Source of the DNA: Kofleriaceae bacterium
GTDB lineage: Bacteria; Myxococcota_A; Polyangia; Haliangiales; Haliangiaceae
Length of the DNA stretch: 64,000 nt
Assembly (NCBI GenBank): GCA_044230415.1
Contig: JBGARE010000001.1
Span: 433,195 to 497,194, forward strand
Reading direction: 5' to 3'
Below the pieces are notes generated by a model. That model was given only the letters and a program-made list of their open reading frames with translations. It searched no databases and was not told where the DNA came from. Shown piece after piece: positions 29,594 to 38,264 of this stretch. The translations under genes and the position numbers were made by a program. Positions within the stretch are counted from its first letter, which is position 1; every line of letters begins with the position of its first letter.

Positions 29594-32056
29594 ATGTCGT
29601 CGCGATCTGTTCGGTATGTCGCCTGGCTCGCTCGCAGCACGCGCGTGATCGTCCTCGCTTCCGTCGCTGCCGTCATCGCGTCGGCACTCCTCGTACGGTT
29701 TCATCTCCCGCTCGAAGCAGACCTTTCCCACCTCTTGCCAGATGACGCACCGAGCGTGCGCGATGCTGAAAAGCTGGCAGCACGCATGCCTGCCAAGGAC
29801 ACGATGGTCGCTCTCGTCGTCGCGCCGACGCCGGAGCAGCGCGCGGTCGTCGCGGGCCAGCTGCTCGTCGGCATCCGTGGCCTCGATCGCGATCTCGTCG
29901 ACAGCGTCGACAGCGACGACGCGGAGCTACGCGCGTATATCGGCGCGAACCGCTACCTGCTCGCGCCGCTCTCGGAGCTGACCGCGGCGCGCGACGTGCT
30001 CGCGACCCACATCGCCGACGCGAAAGCGAAGGCAAACCCGCTGTTCGTGGATCTCGACGACGCCGCGGCGCCATCGACCGCCGCCGTCGACGATCTGCGC
30101 GCGAAGCAGCGCGCCGCCGATGCCAAGCTCGCGAAGTCAGCATTCATCAGCGCCGATGGGCTCACGCAGGTCATGGTGATCCGCACGTCGTTCCGTGCGA
30201 CGGACATCGATCGCGACAAGCGCATCATGGCGCCGCTGACCGCACTCGCGTCGCAGCTCGAGCGCACGCATCCAGGCGTGCAGATCGGCTTCGCGGGCGG
30301 CGCGCCGGGAACCCTCGTCGAGCAAGCGGCGCTCACGCGAGGCATCGCGATCTCGAGCGCGGTGACGCTCGTGCTCGTCGCGCTCGTGCTGCTCGTGTAT
30401 CTGCGGTCCGTGCGCATGCTCGCGATGCTCACCGCGAACATCGTGATTTCGACGCTCGTCGCGTTCGGCTTCGCCGCGGTCACCGTCGGCCACTTGAACG
30501 CGGCGACCGCGTTCCTCGGCGCGATCATCGCGGGCAACGGCGTCAACTACGGCATCCTGCTCGTCGCGCGCTTCCTCGAGGAGCGCAAGACATCGCCCGC
30601 ACCCACGGCGCTCGCCGCTGCGATCGCGGGCACGCTTCGGCCCACACTCGTCGCGTCGCTCGGCGCCGCGATCGCCTACGCCGCCCTCGGTGCAACGCGC
30701 TTCCGCGGCTTCGCGGACTTCGCGTGGATCGGTGGCATCGGCATGCTCGTGTGCTGGGTCGCGTCGTTCACGCTGTTGCCCGCACTCGTCCTTCGCTACG
30801 CACGCCAGGAAGCGCGCGAGCCGTCGCAGCTCTTCGGATCGTTCGTCGTCCGCGTGTTCGGCTTTCGCCGTCCCGCGGTCGCGTGCGCGATCGCCGGTGT
30901 GCTCACCGTCGGCGCGGGCCTCATCACGTATCGCTACGCGACGAACGATCCGTTCGAGTACGACATGACGCAGCTCCGCTCGCAGGCCGAGGACGCGCAG
31001 AAGATCCACGCGTGGCTCGAGCTGTCGGACAAGACGTTCGGGCGTGGGCTCGCCGGCATCGCGGGGCAGACGTTCGTCGCGGTCGATCGCGCAGAGGATG
31101 TCCCGCTCGCGGTCACCGAGCTCCGCGCGATCGCGCAGACGGAGCCCATCCTCGGCCCCGTGGCATCGATCGCCGATGTGATCCCTCCCGACCAAGCCGC
31201 GAAGCTCGCCATCCTCGCCGAGTTGCGTGCACAGATCGACGACGCGGCGACGGTGCTCGAAGGCTCCGCGCGCGACGAGCTGCTCGCGCTGCGTCCGTCC
31301 GACGAGCTGCGCGCGCTCACCGTCGCGGATCTCCCTCCCGCGCTCCGCGCGAAGCTGACCGAGCGCGATGGCTCGATCGGCCGCGTGATCGCGGTCAAGC
31401 CGGGCGCCACGTTCGACGAGCGTGATGGTCGCGATCTGATCGCGTTCGCGGCTGCGATCCGCGGCGTGCGCGTGGATGGCCAGCCCGTCGCGACCGCAGG
31501 CGCATCGGTCCTATTCGCCGACGTGCTCGTGCAGATCCGTCGCGATGGTCCGCTCGTCACGGTGATCGCGATCGCCGGCCTCGTCGTGATGGTGCTGCTC
31601 GTCGTGGGCCGGTCGCGCCGCGCGTACGCCGTGCTCGCCGCCACGGCCGCCGGCACGCTCGCGATGATCGCCGCCTGCGCGCTCGCGGGCCTCAAGATCA
31701 ACTTCCTCGACTTCGTCGCGCTGCCGATCACGCTCGGCCTCGGCGTCGACTACGCGATCAACCTCGCGGACCGTGCATCGCGCTCCGATCCGCGCACCGC
31801 ATTGCGCTCGACCGGCGGCACCGTGTTCGTGTGCTCGATCACCACGATGATCGGCTACGCGTCGCTGATGGTCAGCGACAACCTCGCGATCCGAGGCTTT
31901 GGCCTCGCGTCGCTACTCGGCGAGATCACCTGTGTGGTCTCGGCATTCGTGATCGTCCCCGCGTTCATTGCTCTACGGATCCGTCAGTCCGTCAGGCGTT
32001 CGACGTCGAATGAACTGCCTTTCGTCGGCGTGGATCCAGCAAGTTCGATGGGTTAG
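29594..32056 (+). CDS. MMPL/RND-superfamily membrane transporter (two 6-TM SSD-like halves with periplasmic loops)
   Basis: The roughly 820-aa protein has two hydrophobic blocks (ISSAVTLVLVALVLLVYLRS... and VTVIAIAGLVVMVLLVVG...), each followed by a large soluble loop. The refined start MSSRSVRYVAWL... lies downstream of the GTG at 29570. It may be HpnN-like given the adjacent radical-SAM gene, but that is unproven. Confidence 0.8.
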   Translation: MSSRSVRYVAWLARSTRVIVLASVAAVIASALLVRFHLPLEADLSHLLPDDAPSVRDAEKLAARMPAKDTMVALVVAPTPEQRAVVAGQLLVGIRGLDRDLVDSVDSDDAELRAYIGANRYLLAPLSELTAARDVLATHIADAKAKANPLFVDLDDAAAPSTAAVDDLRAKQRAADAKLAKSAFISADGLTQVMVIRTSFRATDIDRDKRIMAPLTALASQLERTHPGVQIGFAGGAPGTLVEQAALTRGIAISSAVTLVLVALVLLVYLRSVRMLAMLTANIVISTLVAFGFAAVTVGHLNAATAFLGAIIAGNGVNYGILLVARFLEERKTSPAPTALAAAIAGTLRPTLVASLGAAIAYAALGATRFRGFADFAWIGGIGMLVCWVASFTLLPALVLRYARQEAREPSQLFGSFVVRVFGFRRPAVACAIAGVLTVGAGLITYRYATNDPFEYDMTQLRSQAEDAQKIHAWLELSDKTFGRGLAGIAGQTFVAVDRAEDVPLAVTELRAIAQTEPILGPVASIADVIPPDQAAKLAILAELRAQIDDAATVLEGSARDELLALRPSDELRALTVADLPPALRAKLTERDGSIGRVIAVKPGATFDERDGRDLIAFAAAIRGVRVDGQPVATAGASVLFADVLVQIRRDGPLVTVIAIAGLVVMVLLVVGRSRRAYAVLAATAAGTLAMIAACALAGLKINFLDFVALPITLGLGVDYAINLADRASRSDPRTALRSTGGTVFVCSITTMIGYASLMVSDNLAIRGFGLASLLGEITCVVSAFVIVPAFIALRIRQSVRRSTSNELPFVGVDPASSMG

Positions 32057-32090
32057 CCGACTGGCATCGGGCTGGCAGAGGTCCGACCAC

Positions 32091-33179
32091 ATGACCGACG
32101 TCGCCTCGCATATCCCGCTCCAGCCAACGCTCCGACGCAAGCGCCAGCCGATCCGCGACGCGAAGATCCTGCTCAAGGTGCTCGGCGCCGCGGCCGACAC
32201 GGATCGCCCGCTCGTCACCCACGTGGTCATCACGCGCCGCTGCAATCTCTCGTGCGGTTACTGCTTCGAATACGACAAGGTCAGCCAGCCCGTTCCGCTC
32301 GCCGATCTCAAAGCGCGCATCGATCACCTCGCGAAGCTGAAGTCCGTGTTCGTCACGCTGACGGGCGGCGAGTCGCTGCTGCACCCCGACGCGATCGAGA
32401 TCGTTCGCTACGTCAACGAGAAGGGCATGGTCCCGTTCCTCAACACGAACGGATATCTGCTCACGAAGAAGATCATCGAAGGCCTCAACGATGCCGGCCT
32501 CTACGGCATGCAGCTCTCGATCGACAACGCGCGCCCCAACGACGTCAGCAAGAAGTCGCTCAAGCCGCTGATGCCCAAGCTCCGCCTCCTCGCGCTGCAC
32601 GCGAAGTTTCACGTGCGCATCAACACGGTGCTCGGTTCGTCGCCACCCGCCGAAGCGCTCGAGGTCGCGAAGGCCGTCGTCGCGTTCGGCTTCGATTCGA
32701 ACTGCTCGCTCGTACGTGACGCGACCGGCGCGCTGATCACGCCGGACCCCGAGACCCGCGCGGCGTACGAAGAGATCCGCGGCCTCGGTCGCCGACTTCC
32801 CTCGTTCCTCGACGACGACTACACGCGCGAGCTGCTCGACCACGGCACGATGGAGTGGAAGTGCCGCGCGGGTGCTCGTACGTTCCTCGTCGACGAGCAT
32901 GGCAACGTGCACCTGTGTCAGCCGCGCATGGGCACGCCGGGCACACCGCTGCTCCAGTACACCCTCGAGCACATTCGCCGCGAGTTCAACGCGCCCAAGC
33001 CGTGCGCGAAGACGTGCCCGATCGCCTACGCGCATCACGCGAGCAAGCTCGATGGTTGGCGCTCGCAAAAGGGCGTGCCGCTGCTGCTGCCCGCGCCGAC
33101 ACCGTCGACCTCGCTGCCCGCGCTACCCGCCGCGAGCAAAGGCGTGCGCAGCACGAAGCTGTCCGTGCTCGTGGGCTAG
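32091..33179 (+). CDS. Radical SAM protein
   Basis: CNLSCGYCFEY is the CxxxCxxC 4Fe-4S/SAM cluster motif and LTGGESLL is the GGE SAM motif. Extra Cys residues near the C-terminus (CQPR...CAKTCP) suggest an auxiliary cluster. The start is 35 bp after the MMPL gene stop, so the two are probably co-transcribed. Confidence 0.8.
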   Translation: MTDVASHIPLQPTLRRKRQPIRDAKILLKVLGAAADTDRPLVTHVVITRRCNLSCGYCFEYDKVSQPVPLADLKARIDHLAKLKSVFVTLTGGESLLHPDAIEIVRYVNEKGMVPFLNTNGYLLTKKIIEGLNDAGLYGMQLSIDNARPNDVSKKSLKPLMPKLRLLALHAKFHVRINTVLGSSPPAEALEVAKAVVAFGFDSNCSLVRDATGALITPDPETRAAYEEIRGLGRRLPSFLDDDYTRELLDHGTMEWKCRAGARTFLVDEHGNVHLCQPRMGTPGTPLLQYTLEHIRREFNAPKPCAKTCPIAYAHHASKLDGWRSQKGVPLLLPAPTPSTSLPALPAASKGVRSTKLSVLVG

Positions 33180-33294
33180 CCCGACTGCGCGCACAGTTCG
33201 CGCGCGCAGTTCGCGCGTTCGAGTGACGGCCACATCGCTGCGCACGCCTCGCACGCGGAAACCGCGTGGCGCGCTGCTTGCTCGAGCCGTGGCC

Positions 33295-33810
33295 ATGCTC
33301 GTCGCGCGTGGCTCTCGGTCGATCGCCGTCGCATCCCTCGTCGCGAGCGGCTGTTTGGGGACCGCGCGGTTCACGACCTCGAGCTCGGCCCCACGCTCGA
33401 TCGCGTCGTCGCCATCGTCGTCGCCGTCGCCATCGTCGTCGCCATCGTCGGAGTCGGTGGAGTCAGGATCGCTGCCTCCCTCGCACGTCACCACGCAGCT
33501 CGACGGTTGGCCCATGCCACCGCCACCTCCGGAGGGGCTCCGGCTGTGTGCGAAGCCGGGACGCCCGTTGATCTACTGCGGAGACAACGGCTACGAGAGC
33601 TTTGGTCTGCCCGCGGACTACGCGAAGCGTGCAGCAACGGCGTGGGGGTGGTCGGGTGTTCGCATCGTCGAAGAGAGCCACTTCTCCGAGGGCTGCATCA
33701 TCGGCAGGGTCTGCCGCGCCAACTACCACATCGACAGCGCCGCCAACGGCGACGTCCTCACCCTGTACATCCTCGTCCCCGCGGCGATCGCTGCGCCCCC
33801 ACCCGAATGA
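33295..33810 (+). CDS. Small lipoprotein with a Ser/Pro-rich linker
   Basis: MLVARGSRSIAVASLVASGCLG gives a signal peptide with lipobox ASGC. It is followed by the low-complexity SSPSSSPSPSSSPSSES and a Cys-containing globular C-terminus. Confidence 0.55.
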   Translation: MLVARGSRSIAVASLVASGCLGTARFTTSSSAPRSIASSPSSSPSPSSSPSSESVESGSLPPSHVTTQLDGWPMPPPPPEGLRLCAKPGRPLIYCGDNGYESFGLPADYAKRAATAWGWSGVRIVEESHFSEGCIIGRVCRANYHIDSAANGDVLTLYILVPAAIAAPPPE

Positions 33811-33836
33811 TCGTCGTCGTCCGAACAGGAGCAATC

Positions 33837-35396
33837 ATGTCGAAGCTCGTCATCGCCGTCCTCACCTTGGCAGGGCTCCAAACCGCCGACGCAGCACCCG
33901 TCCCCGCGTGGTGCAAGGATCACAGCTTCTCGGGCCCCGCAGACCTGCAGCTCCTCGCGAGCTCGGATGCGACCACCGTCGTCGTCGAGCTCGCACAAGC
34001 CATGTGTGTTCCATCGTCCGAAGTCGACGCGAACCGCGCGTCGCTCGAGCAGAGCCGGCGGGCGTGGGGCGCGCGGCTCGGCATGCAGGACGCCGACTGG
34101 GCCGACGTTGTCGCGTTCGAGAAGCACCGCTCGCCGCAGCCGGCGTTCTCGACCAAGGACGTGACCAAGTACACGGCGGTGGATCAGTACATCGCGATCG
34201 TCGAAGGGTTCGATCGCCCTGGCGGTCAAGGTCCGTTGCGAGAGCCGATCTACGCGACCGACGTCTTCGACGGAAGGCTCACGGAAGTCGGTCGATTCGG
34301 CTATCTCTCTCGCTGCATCGGCTCGGACGGCGTGAATCCTCGAGGGCCCGTCGAATGGGCGATCTGTGCGGGCGACATCGAGGCGTTCGATCTGGCGAAG
34401 TTTCACGAGCAACTTCGTCTCGATACCGTGCACGACGGTGCGTACAAGATGGGGATCCGGTTCGCCGCGCTCACGATCGCCGCTGATCTGAAGAAGCACG
34501 CGCTCGCAGTGCAGGCGGCGTGGAAGACAGATCCGGCGTACAAGAAGATGTTCGACATCGCGTCGGCCGCGCGGAGCGAATGGAGCGCGACGCTGGCGAA
34601 GGAGACGCAGCTCCTCGAGCTGGTCTTCGCGGCAGAGTCCGCGCACTTCTCGGGATCACGCTCCGCCCTCGAGGCCTGCGCCGCGAAGACACCCGCTGCG
34701 CTCGCAGAGCAGGTCGGCAAGGTGCCGGCGAAGTCGTTCGCGAAGATGTTCGACGTTCGCTTCGAGCCCGACCACGGCGCTGGATTCCAGATGGCTCCCG
34801 TCCTCGCCGGCACACCTGCCGTGAACCTCGCGGCGACGGCATACACGCTGTGCAACCGCGACGCGTGGAGCAAGTTCCTCGCGATCGCTCTTCAGGCCAC
34901 CCCCGGAACACGCGGCCCTCGCACCCTCGCGTTCACCCGGATGCTGACCGAGAAGATCCAGCTCGACGACGTGAACGAGCGGATCACGTTTCCTCCCTAC
35001 GAACGTCCCTACGATCGTGCGAACGGCGGAATCATCACGTCCGGCGGTGTCGTTGCTTCGACCGTCGCGAACGGCGAGCTCGTCACCGTGAAGTTCGAGA
35101 AGCTGGTGGTCAAACGCGAGGAGTGCGTCGCGAGCCATCAGACCAAGAAGATCTACAAGCTCCATCCCGACGGTCGTGTCGAGTACGAGCAGGTCTGCGA
35201 CAAGATGGGCATCGTGGCGCACGACGAGCAGTGGATGGACTTCCAGGTGAAGCGGAAGGCGCTTCCGTTGCTGAAGAAGGGAACGCGGATCTCCGTCGTT
35301 CACGGGGATGGGAACGAGGGAGCCGAGGTGTTCGCCACGTGGGCCTCCAGCAAGGCGGAGGTTCCGAACTGGCTCTTGGGCGCGAGCCTCCGGTAG
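33837..35396 (+). CDS. Secreted hypothetical protein (519 aa)
   Basis: A strong RBS (AGGAG) sits 6 nt upstream of the ATG. The protein starts MSKLVIAVLTLAGLQTADA, a signal peptide. No known catalytic motif was recognised. Confidence 0.65.
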   Translation: MSKLVIAVLTLAGLQTADAAPVPAWCKDHSFSGPADLQLLASSDATTVVVELAQAMCVPSSEVDANRASLEQSRRAWGARLGMQDADWADVVAFEKHRSPQPAFSTKDVTKYTAVDQYIAIVEGFDRPGGQGPLREPIYATDVFDGRLTEVGRFGYLSRCIGSDGVNPRGPVEWAICAGDIEAFDLAKFHEQLRLDTVHDGAYKMGIRFAALTIAADLKKHALAVQAAWKTDPAYKKMFDIASAARSEWSATLAKETQLLELVFAAESAHFSGSRSALEACAAKTPAALAEQVGKVPAKSFAKMFDVRFEPDHGAGFQMAPVLAGTPAVNLAATAYTLCNRDAWSKFLAIALQATPGTRGPRTLAFTRMLTEKIQLDDVNERITFPPYERPYDRANGGIITSGGVVASTVANGELVTVKFEKLVVKREECVASHQTKKIYKLHPDGRVEYEQVCDKMGIVAHDEQWMDFQVKRKALPLLKKGTRISVVHGDGNEGAEVFATWASSKAEVPNWLLGASLR

Positions 35397-35398
35397 TG

Positions 35399-35956
35399 TC
35401 ACGACCGGCGCAGCGTCGCGCGCGGCAGCGGCGCGTCCTCGACCTCGCCGAGGATCAGCTCGCCCCGCGGGTCGTGACTGATCACCACGGTGGAGTGCGG
35501 CGCGAACAGCGTCGGGATCCGCGCGAGATCCGCGCCGTGAAGACTACGCGACCACGACCGAGTGAGCCGCGCGGTGAACGTGCGCTCGCCATCGCGGATC
35601 TCGATGCGCACGTACGAAAACCCGAACCGATCGCGCTGCTCGCTGCCGAGGGCGCGGGCTTCCCCCACCTGCGCGTTCCGCGTGAACTGCTTCACCTCCG
35701 CGGATCGCCGCGCCGAGCGCACGCCGAGCCCGACGAGCCCCACGACGCTCGCCGACGCGAGCCCGATGAACAGCGGCGGGAACAGCATCGAAGGTGCGAG
35801 GAGCAACGGGCCGACGAACTTTGCCACCGTGAGCGTCGGGCTCGTTCGCGCCTCGCGCAGCCGCATCTGCACCGCGTACAGCTCGTTGGCCAGCTCGTCG
35901 GCGTGCGGCGGCGTCGAGGCGCGCACCTTCGCGAACAGCTTGGTCCCGATGTCCAC
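35399..35956 (-). CDS. Membrane protein, possibly with a bacterial PH-like (DUF304/bPH_2-like) fold
   Basis: Two N-terminal TM helices (LTVAKFVGPLLLAPSMLFPPLFIGLASASVVGLVGLG) precede a soluble domain, FGFSYVRIEIRDGERTFTARL.... It converges on the previous gene. Confidence 0.45.
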   Translation of the reverse strand: MDIGTKLFAKVRASTPPHADELANELYAVQMRLREARTSPTLTVAKFVGPLLLAPSMLFPPLFIGLASASVVGLVGLGVRSARRSAEVKQFTRNAQVGEARALGSEQRDRFGFSYVRIEIRDGERTFTARLTRSWSRSLHGADLARIPTLFAPHSTVVISHDPRGELILGEVEDAPLPRATLRRS

Positions 35957-36068
35957 GCTCTCACTGTAGCGCCGTGTCTCGATGGCACGAGTCGAGTGCG
36001 CCGCTGCCTGTCATCGCGGAGTTAGCGGGCCATCCCGCGTGGCGCGGCGCTTGGAATGCCGAGCTGCT

Positions 36069-38264
36069 ATGCGTGTTCGCCTCGCGGCTGTGATGACGGT
36101 GTCTCTGTTGGCCGGGTGGCTCGTGTCGGTCGCGAGCGCGGAGACGTCGAGCGAGCTCCCGGTCCCCGGCGAGGACGACAAGCTCTACGCGTGCAAGAAG
36201 AGCACGGGCTCGATCGAGGTCACGTTCAAGCCGGAGACCGAGGTCAAAGATCTCGTCACGTGGGTGATGGGCTTCACGTGCAAGAACTTCATCTACGCGC
36301 CGCACCTCGTGGCGCAGGGACGCAAGCTGACGATCGTCGCACCGACGAAGATGACCGCGGGCGAGGCGTATCGGTTGTTCCTCGCGTCGCTGTCGACGCT
36401 CGGCCTCACGGTCGTGCCGCAGGGAAACATCGTGAAGATCGTGGAGTCCAACACCGGCAAGCATCTCCCGGTGCCGCTCTACAAGAACGGCGCGCCCGAC
36501 AACACCGACCAGCTCGTGCGCTACGTGATGCGCCCGCAGTTCATGCAGGCCGAGGCGCTCGCGAAGGCGATCGGCAGCGTGAAGAGCGATCCGGGCGAGA
36601 TCACCGTCGCGGGCTCGCTGCTGCTGATCGTCGACTACGGCAGTCACGTGCGCGACATGTTGTCGATCGCGAAGCTCGTCGACGTGCCGAGTGGCAGTGA
36701 AGGCGTCTACACGATCCCGCTCCAGCACGCGGATGCGACGAAGCTGTTGCCGAAGCTGACGGGCATCCTCGGCATGGATGGCAGTGGTGCGCCCGCGGCC
36801 GGCAAAGCCGCGGCACCGACCGACATGGCGCAGGGCGTCGCCCCGTCGAAGATCCTCGTCGACGATCGGACGAACACGCTCGTGGTCGCGGCGAGCGTGG
36901 CCGCGTACGAACGCGTGAAGGCGCTGGTCGAGCGGCTCGATATTCCGCTCGATATCGAGGGCGGCAGCTCGATCCACGTGTATCCGCTCGGCAGCGCGAT
37001 CGCCGAGGAGGTCGCGAAGACGCTCAACGAAGCGATCCAGAAGACGCAAGCGCCCGCGGGCACGTCGAGTCCCGGGCGTCCGGGTGCGCCGCTGCCGGCA
37101 CCGGCCGCGGGCCTCGGTGAAGGGCTCGACGGTCGCGCGCAGGTCGTCGCCGACAAGCCGACGAACAAGCTGATCGTCGTGTCGAGCGGCCGCGACTTCC
37201 TCGCGATCAAGGAGGTCATCAAGGAGCTCGATCAGCCTCGACGCCAGGTCTACATCGAGGCGTTGATCCTCGAGGTCACGCTCGGAAGCGAGTCCGAGTT
37301 CGGGATCAGCGCGCACGGCGGCAAGACCCTCGGCGGACAGAACGGGACGACGCTCGGGCTCGGCGGCATCCAGCTCGGCAATGGCGTCACTTCTCTCGAT
37401 CCGACCTCGCTCGCGAGTGCGACGGGGTTGATCGGCGGGGTCATCGGAAAGGCACTCCCCGGATCCGAGGATCTGTTCGGTCAGAGCATTCCGTCGTTCG
37501 GGATCCTGCTGCAGGCGATCGCGAATCGTTCGAACACCAATGTTCTTTCGGCCCCCAGTATCATCGCGCTGGACAACGAGGAGGCGAAGTACAAGGTCGG
37601 CGTCAACATTCCCTACTCGAAGGGCGTCATTCCGACGACGACGCTGACCCAGAACGCGCCGATCTCGACGAACGTCGATCGCAAGGATCTCGTGCTCGAG
37701 CTCAAGATCAAGCCGCACATCTCGACGGGCGACCAGGTGCTCCTCGAGATCTCGCACGAAGCGAACGACTACGGCGAGGATCTCGCGCTCGGTCCGAGCT
37801 GGGCGACGCGCGGCTTCGAGACGCGCGCCGTCGTGAAGGATCAACAGACGTTCGTGCTCGGCGGGTTGATGCAGGAGAAGGACATCCAGCAAGCACGGCA
37901 AATCCCGCTCCTCGGTGACATCCCGATCCTCGGCAACCTGTTCAAGTACTCGAAGAAGATCAAGAAGAAGACCAACCTGATCATCATGCTCACGCCGTAC
38001 ATCATCAAAGACGACCTCGATCTCGAGGCGATCCGCGAGCGAAAGATGCGCGAGCACACCGAGTACACGCAGTCGAAGCGTACGTTCGAACAGCTGCGGT
38101 TCCAGCCGCGCATCGACTATCGCCGCAAGCGCGGCCTCGTCGAGGACATCAATCGCACCGTGATGCAGGTCGAGACAGACCTCGCGACGCTCGAAGCGCT
38201 GAAGCGTCCCGAGGCGATGAAGTCAGGGCCCGTGCAAACCGCGCCGGCGAGTCAGCCCGAGTAG
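36069..38264 (+). CDS. gspD: Secretin, GspD family (type II secretion / T2SS-like outer-membrane channel)
   Basis: The signal peptide is MRVRLAAVMTVSLLAGWLVSVASA. N0/N1-type domains are present (KDLVTWVMGFTCKNFIYAP..., ILVDDRTNTLVVAAS..., LIVVSSGRDFLAIKEVIKELD). The C-terminal secretin core reads VLGGLMQEKD...IPLLGDIPILGNLFKYSKKIKKKTNLIIMLTPYIIKD. Confidence 0.9.
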   Translation: MRVRLAAVMTVSLLAGWLVSVASAETSSELPVPGEDDKLYACKKSTGSIEVTFKPETEVKDLVTWVMGFTCKNFIYAPHLVAQGRKLTIVAPTKMTAGEAYRLFLASLSTLGLTVVPQGNIVKIVESNTGKHLPVPLYKNGAPDNTDQLVRYVMRPQFMQAEALAKAIGSVKSDPGEITVAGSLLLIVDYGSHVRDMLSIAKLVDVPSGSEGVYTIPLQHADATKLLPKLTGILGMDGSGAPAAGKAAAPTDMAQGVAPSKILVDDRTNTLVVAASVAAYERVKALVERLDIPLDIEGGSSIHVYPLGSAIAEEVAKTLNEAIQKTQAPAGTSSPGRPGAPLPAPAAGLGEGLDGRAQVVADKPTNKLIVVSSGRDFLAIKEVIKELDQPRRQVYIEALILEVTLGSESEFGISAHGGKTLGGQNGTTLGLGGIQLGNGVTSLDPTSLASATGLIGGVIGKALPGSEDLFGQSIPSFGILLQAIANRSNTNVLSAPSIIALDNEEAKYKVGVNIPYSKGVIPTTTLTQNAPISTNVDRKDLVLELKIKPHISTGDQVLLEISHEANDYGEDLALGPSWATRGFETRAVVKDQQTFVLGGLMQEKDIQQARQIPLLGDIPILGNLFKYSKKIKKKTNLIIMLTPYIIKDDLDLEAIRERKMREHTEYTQSKRTFEQLRFQPRIDYRRKRGLVEDINRTVMQVETDLATLEALKRPEAMKSGPVQTAPASQPE

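Noticed and set aside
35961-38057. 698-aa minus-strand ORF opposite the secretin gene
   Set aside because: It is antisense to a strongly supported GspD-family CDS and its product has no motifs.
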